From positions 28,277-92,276 of the forward strand of contig CAMKPE010000004.1 of the NCBI GenBank assembly GCA_946414595.1: a DNA stretch of 64,000 nucleotides. The letters are read 5' to 3'. Source of the DNA: an uncultured Clostridium sp. GTDB lineage: Bacteria > Bacillota_I > Bacilli_A > RF39 > UBA660. Below are positions 20,314 through 30,767 of this stretch, piece after piece. Position 1 is the stretch's first letter; every line of letters starts with the position of its first letter. A program made the position numbers and the translations under genes. A model generated the notes under the pieces. That model did not search any database. It worked only from the letters and a program-made list of their open reading frames with translations, and was not told the DNA's origin.

Positions 20314-22707
20314 ATGGATTTTATTAAAGATATAAAAGAGAAAACAATCTTAGTTGTACCATCAAGTATAAAGAATAAAGTACTAGAGTATATAAACAAT
20401 TTAGATACTTTAGTACAGTTTAAAATGTATTCTTTAGAGGAGATTAAGAAATATGTTTATTTTGATTACGATATTGAATCAATTCTATATTTAATGGAAG
20501 AATATGATTATGTATATGAAGTAGCAAAAGAATATATTGAAAATCTATATTATATTGAAGATAAAGATTATAAAGAAGAGAAGTTACAATTCTTGGTTCA
20601 ATTAAAGAAGAAATTAGATAACAAAGGATTATTAAAATATAATGATTTATTTGTTAAAAGTTATAAGAATACTCCTTTTATAGTATTCGGTTATCCATAT
20701 TTATCTAACTTTGATAAGAAAGTATTAAGTAGATTTAATTATAAATTTGTTGAACAAGAAAGTATTAAAGATAGCATTGATGTTTATAAGTTTGATACTT
20801 TAGAAGATGAAGTTTTATTTGTTATTAATAAGATTATTGAATTATTAAATAATAAAGTAGATATAAATAATATTTATTTAGTTAATTTAGATAATGATTA
20901 CAATAAAGAGATTACTAAGTTATTTAAGTTATTTAATATACCTGTAGATATAGATATATCATCAAATATAATGACTACTGTCTTTGGTAAAAAGACATTT
21001 GAAAAATTGAAAGAGACAAAGTCATTATCTCTTACTTTAGAGTATATGAATACATTTGATTTATCTAATAGTTATAATCAATCTTTATTTAGTACAATCC
21101 TAAATATACTTAATAAATATAATGATTTAGATTATGAAATAGATACAGTTATATCTGCAATTGAGTATGAATTTTTAAATAAATCAATTAACAATAATAA
21201 TTATAGTAATATGGTAAGAGTAGGGACTTTATCATCATATTATGATGAAAATGATTATGTTTTCTTATTAGGGTTCAATCAGGGAAGTGTTCCTAGAGTA
21301 TTTAAAGATGAAGATTATTTAAGCGATAAGATAAAAGTATCTTTAGGACTTAATGATGTTAATGAATTAAATAAATATGAAAATGAATCAACATTAAGAA
21401 ATATTAAATCAATAAAGAATTTGATTATTAGTTATAAAAATCAATATTTAGATAATGAATATTATCCATCTAATTATTTAAATGAAGAAATGTTTAATGT
21501 TATTGAAGAGGCTTCTTTCAATACTTTGTATTCAGAAGATTATTCAAAATTAACTTTAGGAATGATGCTTGATAACTTAATTAAGTATGATGTTTATGAT
21601 GAAAAATTAGAAACTTATTATAATTCGTTAGATATTGATTTTATGAAATATGACAATAAGTTTAAAGGATTAGATGTTAAAGCATTACATAAATATATTG
21701 ATAATCCTTTAAAACTTTCTTATACAACAATAGAAACATTTTATAAATGTCAGTTTCAATATTATTTAAGTAATATATTAAAAATAGATAAATATGAAAG
21801 TAGTTTTGATGCTGTATTAGGATCTTTATTTCACTTTGTTTTATCACATGTTTATAAAGACAATTTTAATCTTGATAAAGATTATGAATACTATATGAAA
21901 GATAAAGAGTTTACTTCTAAAGAGAAATTCTATTTAGATAAATTAAAAGATGAATTAAGAATTGTATGTAATAGATTAAGAGAGTTTTATGATGATACTG
22001 AACTTAAAGAAATATTTACTGAGAAAAAATTAGAGATTGAAAAACCAGGAGATATAGATGTCATTTATAAAGGTACTGTAGATAAGATAATGTATAAAGA
22101 GTATCCAGATAAAACATTGTTTGCAATAATTGACTATAAAACAGGTAAGGCTGAAGTTGATTTAAGAAAAGCAAATGATGGTTTGGGAATGCAATTAATT
22201 GTATATCTATATTTGATTTCTAGAACTAACTTATTTGAAAATCCTGCTTGTGTTGGATTCTATTTACAAAAACTTTTAGCAGAGGATATTGCAACTCAAG
22301 AAGATGAAGATTATTTAGAAAAGAAATATGATAGCTTAAAGCTAGTTGGTTATTCAAATTCTGATATAGATAAGATTTCTAAGTTTGATAAGACTTTTGA
22401 TGATAGCAAATATATCTATGGATTAAAGACTACAAAGACTGGATTGACAACTACTAAAACACTTGATGATGAAACAATGGATAAACTTGTTAATCTTGTT
22501 GAAAGAAAGTTTGATGAAGCAAAAGATAAAGTATTAAATGGAGACTTTGAGATAAATCCTAAATATGTATCTGGTGAAGCTGATATACTTGGATGTAGAT
22601 ACTGTAATTATCGTGATATCTGTTTTAGAAAAAATGAGGATATTAAAGATTTAGAGAAATATAAAGACTTAAGTTTTCTAGAAGAAGGTGATAATAATGG
22701 CAGATAA
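20314..22707 (+). CDS. addB: AddB-like nuclease subunit
   Basis: PD-(D/E)xK core (GTVDK...IIDYK); Fe-S cysteines (YKCQF; CRYCNYRDIC). Overlaps addA. Confidence 0.88.
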   Translation: MDFIKDIKEKTILVVPSSIKNKVLEYINNLDTLVQFKMYSLEEIKKYVYFDYDIESILYLMEEYDYVYEVAKEYIENLYYIEDKDYKEEKLQFLVQLKKKLDNKGLLKYNDLFVKSYKNTPFIVFGYPYLSNFDKKVLSRFNYKFVEQESIKDSIDVYKFDTLEDEVLFVINKIIELLNNKVDINNIYLVNLDNDYNKEITKLFKLFNIPVDIDISSNIMTTVFGKKTFEKLKETKSLSLTLEYMNTFDLSNSYNQSLFSTILNILNKYNDLDYEIDTVISAIEYEFLNKSINNNNYSNMVRVGTLSSYYDENDYVFLLGFNQGSVPRVFKDEDYLSDKIKVSLGLNDVNELNKYENESTLRNIKSIKNLIISYKNQYLDNEYYPSNYLNEEMFNVIEEASFNTLYSEDYSKLTLGMMLDNLIKYDVYDEKLETYYNSLDIDFMKYDNKFKGLDVKALHKYIDNPLKLSYTTIETFYKCQFQYYLSNILKIDKYESSFDAVLGSLFHFVLSHVYKDNFNLDKDYEYYMKDKEFTSKEKFYLDKLKDELRIVCNRLREFYDDTELKEIFTEKKLEIEKPGDIDVIYKGTVDKIMYKEYPDKTLFAIIDYKTGKAEVDLRKANDGLGMQLIVYLYLISRTNLFENPACVGFYLQKLLAEDIATQEDEDYLEKKYDSLKLVGYSNSDIDKISKFDKTFDDSKYIYGLKTTKTGLTTTKTLDDETMDKLVNLVERKFDEAKDKVLNGDFEINPKYVSGEADILGCRYCNYRDICFRKNEDIKDLEKYKDLSFLEEGDNNGR

Positions 22708-25700
22708 TTTTACAGAAGAACAAAGACAAGCAGTAAATGAAGATAACAAAAACATTATTGTCTCAGCAGGAGCAGGTAGTGGTAAAACAAAAGTACTTAC
22801 AGCAAGAGTAATTAGAAAACTTAAAGATGGAGTAAATATTAACAATTTATTGATACTTACATTTACTAATAAAGCAGCAGCAGAGATGAAAGACAGAATT
22901 AGAAAAGCTATTACTGAAGAGAAAGAGTTAATAAAAGAACTTGATTATCTTGATAGCAGTTATATAACTACATTTGATTCTTTTTCACTTTCTATGGTTA
23001 GAAAATATTCATATCTATTAAATGTAAGTAATAACTTATCTATTGCAGATCCATCAACAATATATCTTGAAAAGAATAGAATAATAGATGATATCTTCGA
23101 TAGATTATATCAAGAAAGAAATCCTAAGTTTACTAAATTAATTGGGGATTTAACTATTAAAGATGATAGAACTATTAAAGAACAAATATTAGTTATAAAT
23201 GATAAATTAGATTTAAAATATGATAAGATTGATTACTTAAATAACTATGTAGATAATTATTATTCACAAAGTAATTTAGATTCATTATTTAATAGTTATG
23301 TAGAGTTTTTAATATCTAAAAGAGATAATATAGATAAATTATTAACTAAATTAAGTTATCATGTAGATACTGATTTCTTTAATACTATGTTAGATCTTTT
23401 AAGAGGATTAATTAATAGTGAAGATTATGATTCATTAAAGAAAAATGCAATCATAGATTTCCCTAATGCACCTAGAGGTACTAGTGAAGAAGGAAAAGAA
23501 ATAAAGAAGTTAATTAATGATGATAGAAAAGCAATAGAAACATTAACATCTATTGGAACAAAAGAAGAACTTATTGATTTGCTTCGTTCTACTAAAGATT
23601 ATGCTGAAGCTATAATCATGATAATCAAAGAATTAGATGAAAGAATAAATGCTTTCAAAAATAAATTAAATGTTTATGAATTTGGTGATATATCTAAGAT
23701 GGCTATTAAACTAGTAGATGAGAATGAAATAGTTAGAAAAGAACTTACTGAATCGTTTAACGAAATAATGATTGATGAATATCAAGATACATCTGATTTA
23801 CAAGAATTATTTATTTCTAAGATTGAGAATAATAATGTATATATGGTTGGAGATATTAAACAATCTATTTATAGATTTAGAAATGCTAACCCATATATCT
23901 TTAAAAACAAATATGATAAATATAGTAAGAATGATAATGGAATTAAGATTGATTTAACTAAGAACTTTAGATCAAGAGATGAAGTTATTAAAAATGTTAA
24001 CTTGATATTTTCTAATATTATGACTGATTCACTAGGTGGTGCTGACTATGTTACATCACATCAAATGATTGCAGATAACAAAGATTATAAAACAATTGCT
24101 AAAGTTGATTACAATAGTAACTTTGAGTTATATAACTATCCTTATGATAAAGATTGTCCATATAGAAAAGAAGAAATAGAAATATTCTTTATTGCACAAG
24201 ATATTAAGAAAAAAGTAGAAGAAAAATATCAAATATATGATAAAGATAAAAAAATATTAAGGGATGTTAAGTATAGTGACTTTGCAATACTTCTTGCTAC
24301 AAGTAAACACTTTGATTTATATAAAAAGATATTCCAATACTTTGGAATACCTATGAATAAATCTAGTAGACTTAATTTAAATGAAGAAGTAGAAATATCT
24401 TTATTTGCAAATATTATTAAATTAATTATATGTAGAAGAGATAATGTACTTGATGAAGAATTTAAATATGCTTTAGTATCTATTTTAAGAAGTTATTTGT
24501 TTAGTTATACTGATCAAGAAATATTTGATATTATTACTAATAAAAATTATGATATAGAACTTATTCATAAAATTGATTCTATTGTAGAAAATATAGATTC
24601 TTTATCATTAAATGAAATCATTAATATAATTATAGACAAGTTTAATATTTACTCTAAAACAATACTTGTTGGAGATATTAGAAATAAGATTAATATGATT
24701 ACTTCTATAGTAGATATATTTAATAATTTATCTAGTATTGGATATACCATTGATGACTCATATAACTATTTAAGTAAGTTAATTGAAGATGGTTATAAAA
24801 TAGAAGTAAAAGATTCTGACGTTATACCTAATAGTGTTAAAATACTTACTATTCATGCATCTAAAGGATTAGAGTATCCAATATGTTATTTTGCATCTTT
24901 ACATAATAGATTTAATACTCAAGACTTAAATGAAAAATTATTATTCTATGATAAATATGGAATAATAACTCCATATTATAAAGAAGGAGTAGGTAAGACT
25001 TTTGTTAAAGATATAGTAAGAAATGATTATTTATCTGAAGAAATAAGTGAAAGAATTAGATTATTCTATGTAGCACTTACAAGAACAAGAGAGAAGTTTA
25101 TTGTAGTAACTTCTATACCTGAAAAGACTACTTATAATTTAAAAGATTCACTTAGTTTCTTAGACTTTATTAATTACTCTAAAGATATATTAACCCCTTA
25201 TATAAAAGAATTAGATATTGATAGTTTAAATATTACTAGAGATTATAATTTAATTAAGAAGACTAATTATGATAAGAATATTAAGAAGACAGATAATAGA
25301 TTAGATATTAAGAGTATTAATATAGACAATGTTTTATTACATAAAGAAAAGATATCTAAAGAGACTCATGGATTACTTGATAAAGATACTAAAGAAAAGA
25401 TGAAGTTTGGTACAATGATGCATGAGATATTAGAATTATTAGACTTTAATAATCCTGACATTGATAGTTTAAACTTAGATAAGTATTATAAAGACAAGAT
25501 TAAAAATTTCTTATCTTTAGTAGATATAGATAAAGTTATTAATACTTATAAAGAATATGAATTCTTATATCAAAAAGATGAATCAATATTACATGGTATT
25601 GTGGATTTAATATTAGAGTATCCTGATAAAATATCAATAATTGATTATAAACTTAAGAATGTTGATGATGAAAATTACATTAAGCAACTTGAAAGTTATA

Positions 25701-25786
25701 AAGACTATATATCTTTAAAGACAAATAAAAAAATAGATATATATCTATTTTCAATTATCGATGGAACATTAAATAAATTATCTTAA
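22697..25786 (+). CDS. addA: AddA helicase-nuclease
   Basis: AGAGSGKT, DEYQD, VGDIKQSIYRFR, TIHASKGLE and C-terminal IDYK motifs. Confidence 0.93.
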   Translation: MADNFTEEQRQAVNEDNKNIIVSAGAGSGKTKVLTARVIRKLKDGVNINNLLILTFTNKAAAEMKDRIRKAITEEKELIKELDYLDSSYITTFDSFSLSMVRKYSYLLNVSNNLSIADPSTIYLEKNRIIDDIFDRLYQERNPKFTKLIGDLTIKDDRTIKEQILVINDKLDLKYDKIDYLNNYVDNYYSQSNLDSLFNSYVEFLISKRDNIDKLLTKLSYHVDTDFFNTMLDLLRGLINSEDYDSLKKNAIIDFPNAPRGTSEEGKEIKKLINDDRKAIETLTSIGTKEELIDLLRSTKDYAEAIIMIIKELDERINAFKNKLNVYEFGDISKMAIKLVDENEIVRKELTESFNEIMIDEYQDTSDLQELFISKIENNNVYMVGDIKQSIYRFRNANPYIFKNKYDKYSKNDNGIKIDLTKNFRSRDEVIKNVNLIFSNIMTDSLGGADYVTSHQMIADNKDYKTIAKVDYNSNFELYNYPYDKDCPYRKEEIEIFFIAQDIKKKVEEKYQIYDKDKKILRDVKYSDFAILLATSKHFDLYKKIFQYFGIPMNKSSRLNLNEEVEISLFANIIKLIICRRDNVLDEEFKYALVSILRSYLFSYTDQEIFDIITNKNYDIELIHKIDSIVENIDSLSLNEIINIIIDKFNIYSKTILVGDIRNKINMITSIVDIFNNLSSIGYTIDDSYNYLSKLIEDGYKIEVKDSDVIPNSVKILTIHASKGLEYPICYFASLHNRFNTQDLNEKLLFYDKYGIITPYYKEGVGKTFVKDIVRNDYLSEEISERIRLFYVALTRTREKFIVVTSIPEKTTYNLKDSLSFLDFINYSKDILTPYIKELDIDSLNITRDYNLIKKTNYDKNIKKTDNRLDIKSINIDNVLLHKEKISKETHGLLDKDTKEKMKFGTMMHEILELLDFNNPDIDSLNLDKYYKDKIKNFLSLVDIDKVINTYKEYEFLYQKDESILHGIVDLILEYPDKISIIDYKLKNVDDENYIKQLESYKDYISLKTNKKIDIYLFSIIDGTLNKLS

Positions 25787-26049
25787 AGAAAATAAGTTGG
25801 GCTGTTAGACTTTGAAGGCCTAACTTTTTTTGTTTCTACTATTTTTTCTTCTTTATTATCACTTTTAATAGCATTTACTACTTTGAATGCTGTTTTAGCA
25901 TTGTTAATTAACGGTTTTATTTGATAAATAACAGGTATAGCTTGATTAATTACTGATAAAGTTTTTTGTGTTCCATCTAGTAAATTTTTCCAATTTATGT
26001 TCTTAAAATTATGTCCTCTATAGTAATATGGATAGTAATTATTGTACAT
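25783..26049 (-). CDS. YqfQ/VrrA-like sporulation protein
   Basis: Tyr-rich N-terminus, then LLDGTQKTLSVINQAIPVIYQIKPLINN and a C-terminal SPTYF, all resembling the YqfQ family. GAGG RBS. Confidence 0.7.
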   Translation of the reverse strand: MYNNYYPYYYRGHNFKNINWKNLLDGTQKTLSVINQAIPVIYQIKPLINNAKTAFKVVNAIKSDNKEEKIVETKKVRPSKSNSPTYFL

Positions 26050-26069
26050 TTTTACCTCTTTTCATAATT

Positions 26070-26095
26070 ATTATATGATTTATTAAAAAAAGAGT
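26070..26095 (-). promoter_or_regulatory. Putative sigmaK-type promoter of the yqfQ-like gene
   Basis: Minus strand reads AC-N16-CATATAAT. Confidence 0.5.
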
Positions 26096-26156
26096 TTTAT
26101 AAAAAATAAAATTATGTTATACTAATTTATAGAATAGGATAGGAGAGTGTGATAGC

Positions 26157-27770
26157 ATGAAGCTTTCGGTTAAGGTTAAAGGTCTTAATGTAGATATTCC
26201 TCTTAAATCTCCAAAGAAGATAAAGGAAGATATACAAGAAGTTGCTGGGGCTGTTAAAGACGCCAAACAAGAAGTTGCAGCAGCAAAAGCAAAAAAAGCT
26301 AATAAAGAACCAAAAACTTATGATGATAATAGTATCTTAGGTAAAGTTTTTAATGTTTTACCTAGAATGTTTACAAAAGCAGCTCATGGTTTTACATTCT
26401 TAACTGGATTAATTACGAATGACACTTCTGCTTTCCAAATACAAAAATCTACTGGTGAAGAATTAAAAGATGAACTTGAAAAAGTTCAAAATGAAAGTTC
26501 AGAGTATATTGAACAAGCTAGTAAAGAAGATAAGATGAGAATTGAAAGGGATAAGAATAAAGTAATGAAGTCTTATCGTTATAAAGTTAAAGATTCTCGT
26601 GGAAAAATAATATCTAATACTTTTGAAGCTGCTACTGCTGGAGAAGTTAAGGTATTCTTACAAAATGAAGGTTACGAAGTAGTTGAAATAAAAGAAAGAA
26701 CTGCTTGGTGGGATAAAGACTTAAATATGAATATGAAGATTAAGAATGGTAACTTAGCCTTCATGTTAACGCAACTTGCAACATATATAAGAGCTGGAGT
26801 TCCACTTATTAACTCAGTTCGTATCTTAGCAAAGCAAACAACAAATGCCGCTGAAAAGAAAATACTTAATAAAGTAGTTTATGAATTAGTAGTTGGAGAA
26901 AAATTCTCAGTTGCTTTGGAAAAACAAGGTAAAGCTTTCCCATCATTATTAGTAAACATGGTTAAAACATCAGAAATGACTGGAGACCTTGCTAGTACAC
27001 TAGATGAAATGGCAGCTTACTATACTGAAATTGAAAAATCAAGAAAAGCAATGAAATCTGCGTTGATTTACCCAGCAGTTATCTTGCTTGCTACAATAGC
27101 AGCGTTAGGTTTCATTATTATCTATGTTGTACCACAGTTCGTTGGTATGTTCTCATCAAATGGTGCAGAACTTCCTGGAATTACTAAGTTCATTATTGGT
27201 GCGAGTGATTTCCTCGGAGCCCATTGGTGGAAGTTAATTATAATATTCATATTGTTAATTTTGTTATATAAATGGTTATTTAAGAATGTTCCTTCATTTA
27301 AGAAGTCAATGCAGACTTTTTATATGCACATGCCAGTATTTGGTAATATCATTATTTATAATGAGGTTGCAACATTAACAAGAACATTCGCATCACTATT
27401 AAACCATAATGTATTTATTACTGACAGTATGGAAATTCTTTCAAAACTATCTGATAATGAAGTATATAAAGAAATAATTAATAGAACATTAATTAACTTA
27501 AGTAAAGGTGGAAAAATAAGTGATTCATTCAAAGGTGAATGGGCTTTCCCAGTAGTTGCATATGAAATGCTTGTTACAGGAGAATCAACTGGACAACTTG
27601 CTCTAATGATGGAGAAAGTTGCAGACCACTTCCAAGAGTTACATAATAACTCAGTTACGGCATTAAAGAGTTTAATTGAACCAGCAGTTATCGTATTACT
27701 AGCTGGTGGAGTTGGATTCATCATCATGGCAATTATCATTCCAATGTTTGATTTATATGGACAAATTTAG
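26157..27770 (+). CDS. pilC: Type IV pilus platform protein (PilC/T2SSF family) with a ~135 aa N-terminal extension
   Basis: QLATYIRAGVPL, EMTGDL, ALIYP, GESTGQL and LIEP motifs. Confidence 0.92.
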   Translation: MKLSVKVKGLNVDIPLKSPKKIKEDIQEVAGAVKDAKQEVAAAKAKKANKEPKTYDDNSILGKVFNVLPRMFTKAAHGFTFLTGLITNDTSAFQIQKSTGEELKDELEKVQNESSEYIEQASKEDKMRIERDKNKVMKSYRYKVKDSRGKIISNTFEAATAGEVKVFLQNEGYEVVEIKERTAWWDKDLNMNMKIKNGNLAFMLTQLATYIRAGVPLINSVRILAKQTTNAAEKKILNKVVYELVVGEKFSVALEKQGKAFPSLLVNMVKTSEMTGDLASTLDEMAAYYTEIEKSRKAMKSALIYPAVILLATIAALGFIIIYVVPQFVGMFSSNGAELPGITKFIIGASDFLGAHWWKLIIIFILLILLYKWLFKNVPSFKKSMQTFYMHMPVFGNIIIYNEVATLTRTFASLLNHNVFITDSMEILSKLSDNEVYKEIINRTLINLSKGGKISDSFKGEWAFPVVAYEMLVTGESTGQLALMMEKVADHFQELHNNSVTALKSLIEPAVIVLLAGGVGFIIMAIIIPMFDLYGQI

Positions 27771-27784
27771 TAAGGGTGTTTTTT

Positions 27785-28546
27785 ATGCAGGTTGTTTATT
27801 CAATTATAGTATTTATTTATGGACTATTATTAGGATCGTTTTATAACGTAGTAGGTTATAGACTTCCTAATAATATGTCTATTGTAAAACCTGGTTCCTT
27901 TTGCCCTAAGTGTAAACATTCACTTCAGTGGTATGAATTGTTTCCAGTGTTTTCTTTTTTAATACAAAAAGGTAAGTGTAGAAAGTGTGGATGTAAGATT
28001 TCACTTTTCTATCCATTTATAGAACTTACTACAGGAATATTATTTCTAGTGTCATATCTATTATTTGGATTTTCTATGGAGTTTGTAATAGCACTTCTAA
28101 TAGTATCTTTCTTAGTAATAGTAATTGTAAGTGATTTTAGTTATTTAATTATTCCCGATGAGGTTACAGCATTTTTCTTTATAATAAGTGTTTTATTACA
28201 TTTATATTTAGGATTTAATGGATTATTACAATCACTTATTGGTGGCATATTCTTATTTAGCGTAATGTATTTATTAATGCTTATAGGAAATAAAGTATTA
28301 AAGGAAGAATCTCTTGGTGGAGGAGATGTTAAGTTGATGCTTTTTGTAGGATCAATTTTAAATCCACTTAATGGATTATTTCAAATATTCTTAGCTAGTT
28401 GTATTGCTTCACCATTTGCACTTTTTAGTTATTTTTCTAAAAAGAATAGAGCAATACCATTTGGGCCATTTTTATTAATTGCACTTTTGATAATATATTT
28501 AACTAGCTTTGATGTAGTAGAGTTCTTCAATCAATTAGTAAAATAA
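27785..28546 (+). CDS. pilD: Prepilin peptidase (A24)
   Basis: GSFYNVVGYRLP, two CxxC, GGGDVKL and PFGPF motifs. Confidence 0.95.
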   Translation: MQVVYSIIVFIYGLLLGSFYNVVGYRLPNNMSIVKPGSFCPKCKHSLQWYELFPVFSFLIQKGKCRKCGCKISLFYPFIELTTGILFLVSYLLFGFSMEFVIALLIVSFLVIVIVSDFSYLIIPDEVTAFFFIISVLLHLYLGFNGLLQSLIGGIFLFSVMYLLMLIGNKVLKEESLGGGDVKLMLFVGSILNPLNGLFQIFLASCIASPFALFSYFSKKNRAIPFGPFLLIALLIIYLTSFDVVEFFNQLVK

Positions 28547-28600
28547 AAAAGATAGATTTTATTCTATCTTTTATTATGTTATAATTTAATTGGTGGTTTT

Positions 28601-29482
28601 ATGGAAAAAGTATCAACAAAAGAACATAGTAATGAAATTGATCTAAAAGTTAAATTCAATAAATCATTAGAGAATGCATATTTTAAGAAGATATGTAAGA
28701 GTCTTGATTTACCACAAGAAGTATTAATGAAGAATACATCTTCATTAATGGAAGCAGCACATGAGTTTGAGAATTGTAGTAAATGTCCAGGACTTGATAA
28801 ATGTCCTAATATGATTAAAGGTTCTTTAATGAAAGCAGAAAAAAATAATAATGGAGTAGTATTCTCTTATGTTAGTTGTGATAAAGATATTAAAGAACAA
28901 TATAAAGAGAATATGACTTTCTATGATTTACCTTTAAAGATAAGAGAAGCATCAATTCAAGAAATATATGATGATGATGGTTCTAGAAAAGATATTATTA
29001 AAAAGATGAAAGAGTTTAAAGATTCTTATTTGAAGAAGGGAAATGCAAAGGGAATATATTTGTATGGTAACTTTGGATCTGGTAAATCATATTTAATATC
29101 TGCTTTATTTAATGATTTAGCTAAGAAAGATATAAGAAGTGTTATTGTTCATACACCAGAATTAATAAGATCAATTAAAGATTCTTTTGATACTGATTAC
29201 AGTGATAGGTTTGATGCTGTATTAAACGCACCATTACTACTTCTTGATGATATAGGAGCTGAATACTTAACTCCATGGTCAAGAGATGAAGTATTAGAAC
29301 CAATTTTACAATATAGAATGGATGAAGAATTACCAACATTCTTTACATCTAATTATTCAATAAAAGAACTTGAAAAACATTTTATTATTAATGATGATAA
29401 AATGAAAGCAAGAAGAATTATAGAAAGAATTAAACAATTATCTAATGAGGTTGAATTAGTTGGAAAAAATAGAAGAAGTTAA
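28601..29482 (+). CDS. dnaI: Primosomal helicase loader
   Basis: Zn-binding Cys cluster, GNFGSGKS, LDDIGAE..W.RDE and TFFTSN motifs. Confidence 0.95.
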   Translation: MEKVSTKEHSNEIDLKVKFNKSLENAYFKKICKSLDLPQEVLMKNTSSLMEAAHEFENCSKCPGLDKCPNMIKGSLMKAEKNNNGVVFSYVSCDKDIKEQYKENMTFYDLPLKIREASIQEIYDDDGSRKDIIKKMKEFKDSYLKKGNAKGIYLYGNFGSGKSYLISALFNDLAKKDIRSVIVHTPELIRSIKDSFDTDYSDRFDAVLNAPLLLLDDIGAEYLTPWSRDEVLEPILQYRMDEELPTFFTSNYSIKELEKHFIINDDKMKARRIIERIKQLSNEVELVGKNRRS

Positions 29483-29493
29483 AAGGAGTATTT

Positions 29494-30753
29494 ATGGCTA
29501 TTAGTGTTTCTCAAGAATTAAAAGATTTTAGAGCTGCTACTTTTGGTAAAGAAGATGGATTAAAGGCCTCTTTATCTTTATTAACAGATTCTTTGAATAC
29601 TCTTAGTAATGCTATTTCAACTGCTCAATCTGGTATTAGTTCATATTATAATAGTGCTAATAAAGAAGTAATAATTAGTTCAATATCAAAATTAAGTGAA
29701 ACATGTAAGAAAATAGAAGATAGTGTAAATACTGATTTAGGTGGAATGATTGCTGAAGTATCTTCTTTAAATAAAGATATAGAACAACTTGAAAAGTATG
29801 TAACGGCTGTTGAAAATGCAAGTTCAGTTATATATTCTGAAAACCAAAAAGATGAACCAGATTCAAGAGTTATAGCAAATGCAAATACTACTATTAATGA
29901 TTCAACAGAAAAGTTTAATACATTAAATGAAAGCGTAGTACAAAAGTTAGCAAGTCTTAAGAATAATGATGCTAATTTACAATTTGTTAGTGACTTTTCA
30001 GTATCTAGTTTTGAAGCATCGTTGGGTGATTTACAATATGGATCATTTACTACTCAATCATTTACATCATCTAATGGTATTAAGATAAAATATTATTTAT
30101 ATGTTCCGGACTATGGAAAAGAAGTTGATGGACTTCCTGTAATGCTTTATATGCATGGTGTTGGAATGGACAATACAGGTGAAGGTATTGTTACTTATGG
30201 AGGACTTGGAGAAGTTCTACAGAACAAGACAGTAACACCATCTGGAATTATTGCTATTCCATATGTTCAAAATGGACATTTATATGAAGATGAAGAATAT
30301 AGAAAAGCTTTAGCAGAACTTCCTTTACAAGTTTGTGAAGATTATAATGGAGATAGAAATAGAATATCTTGTGGCGGAGTAAGTTATGGTTCTGTTACTG
30401 CCTATAGACTTGTTAATGAAAACCCAGGAGAATTCTCATGTGTAGTTGCTGCCTGTGGTGCTGAAGAAGTAACGAGTGCCTTTAATGGAGTTAAAGTATG
30501 GAACTTCAATGGTAAAAGTAATTCAAGTGGCCATACTGGTACAAAATATGTTGAAGGGCAAACTGAAGAAGTTAAGAAAGTTGGAGGTACTGCTTTAGAG
30601 TACACAGTATTTGATACATATGCTCATACTAATGTTGGAACGATGACTTTCCAAAATAAACATCCTGATGAAACGGGTACTGAAATATATCCATTTGAGT
30701 GGGCATTTAAACAAGTAAATGAATCTACAAGAAAAAAAGCTAGTTCAGATTAA
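29494..30753 (+). CDS. Helical (WXG100-like) N-domain fused to an alpha/beta serine hydrolase
   Basis: Heptad-rich ~160 aa N-terminus, then YMHG, GVSYG nucleophile elbow and YAH. No signal peptide. Confidence 0.75.
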   Translation: MAISVSQELKDFRAATFGKEDGLKASLSLLTDSLNTLSNAISTAQSGISSYYNSANKEVIISSISKLSETCKKIEDSVNTDLGGMIAEVSSLNKDIEQLEKYVTAVENASSVIYSENQKDEPDSRVIANANTTINDSTEKFNTLNESVVQKLASLKNNDANLQFVSDFSVSSFEASLGDLQYGSFTTQSFTSSNGIKIKYYLYVPDYGKEVDGLPVMLYMHGVGMDNTGEGIVTYGGLGEVLQNKTVTPSGIIAIPYVQNGHLYEDEEYRKALAELPLQVCEDYNGDRNRISCGGVSYGSVTAYRLVNENPGEFSCVVAACGAEEVTSAFNGVKVWNFNGKSNSSGHTGTKYVEGQTEEVKKVGGTALEYTVFDTYAHTNVGTMTFQNKHPDETGTEIYPFEWAFKQVNESTRKKASSD

Positions 30754-30767
30754 TGAACTAACTTTTT

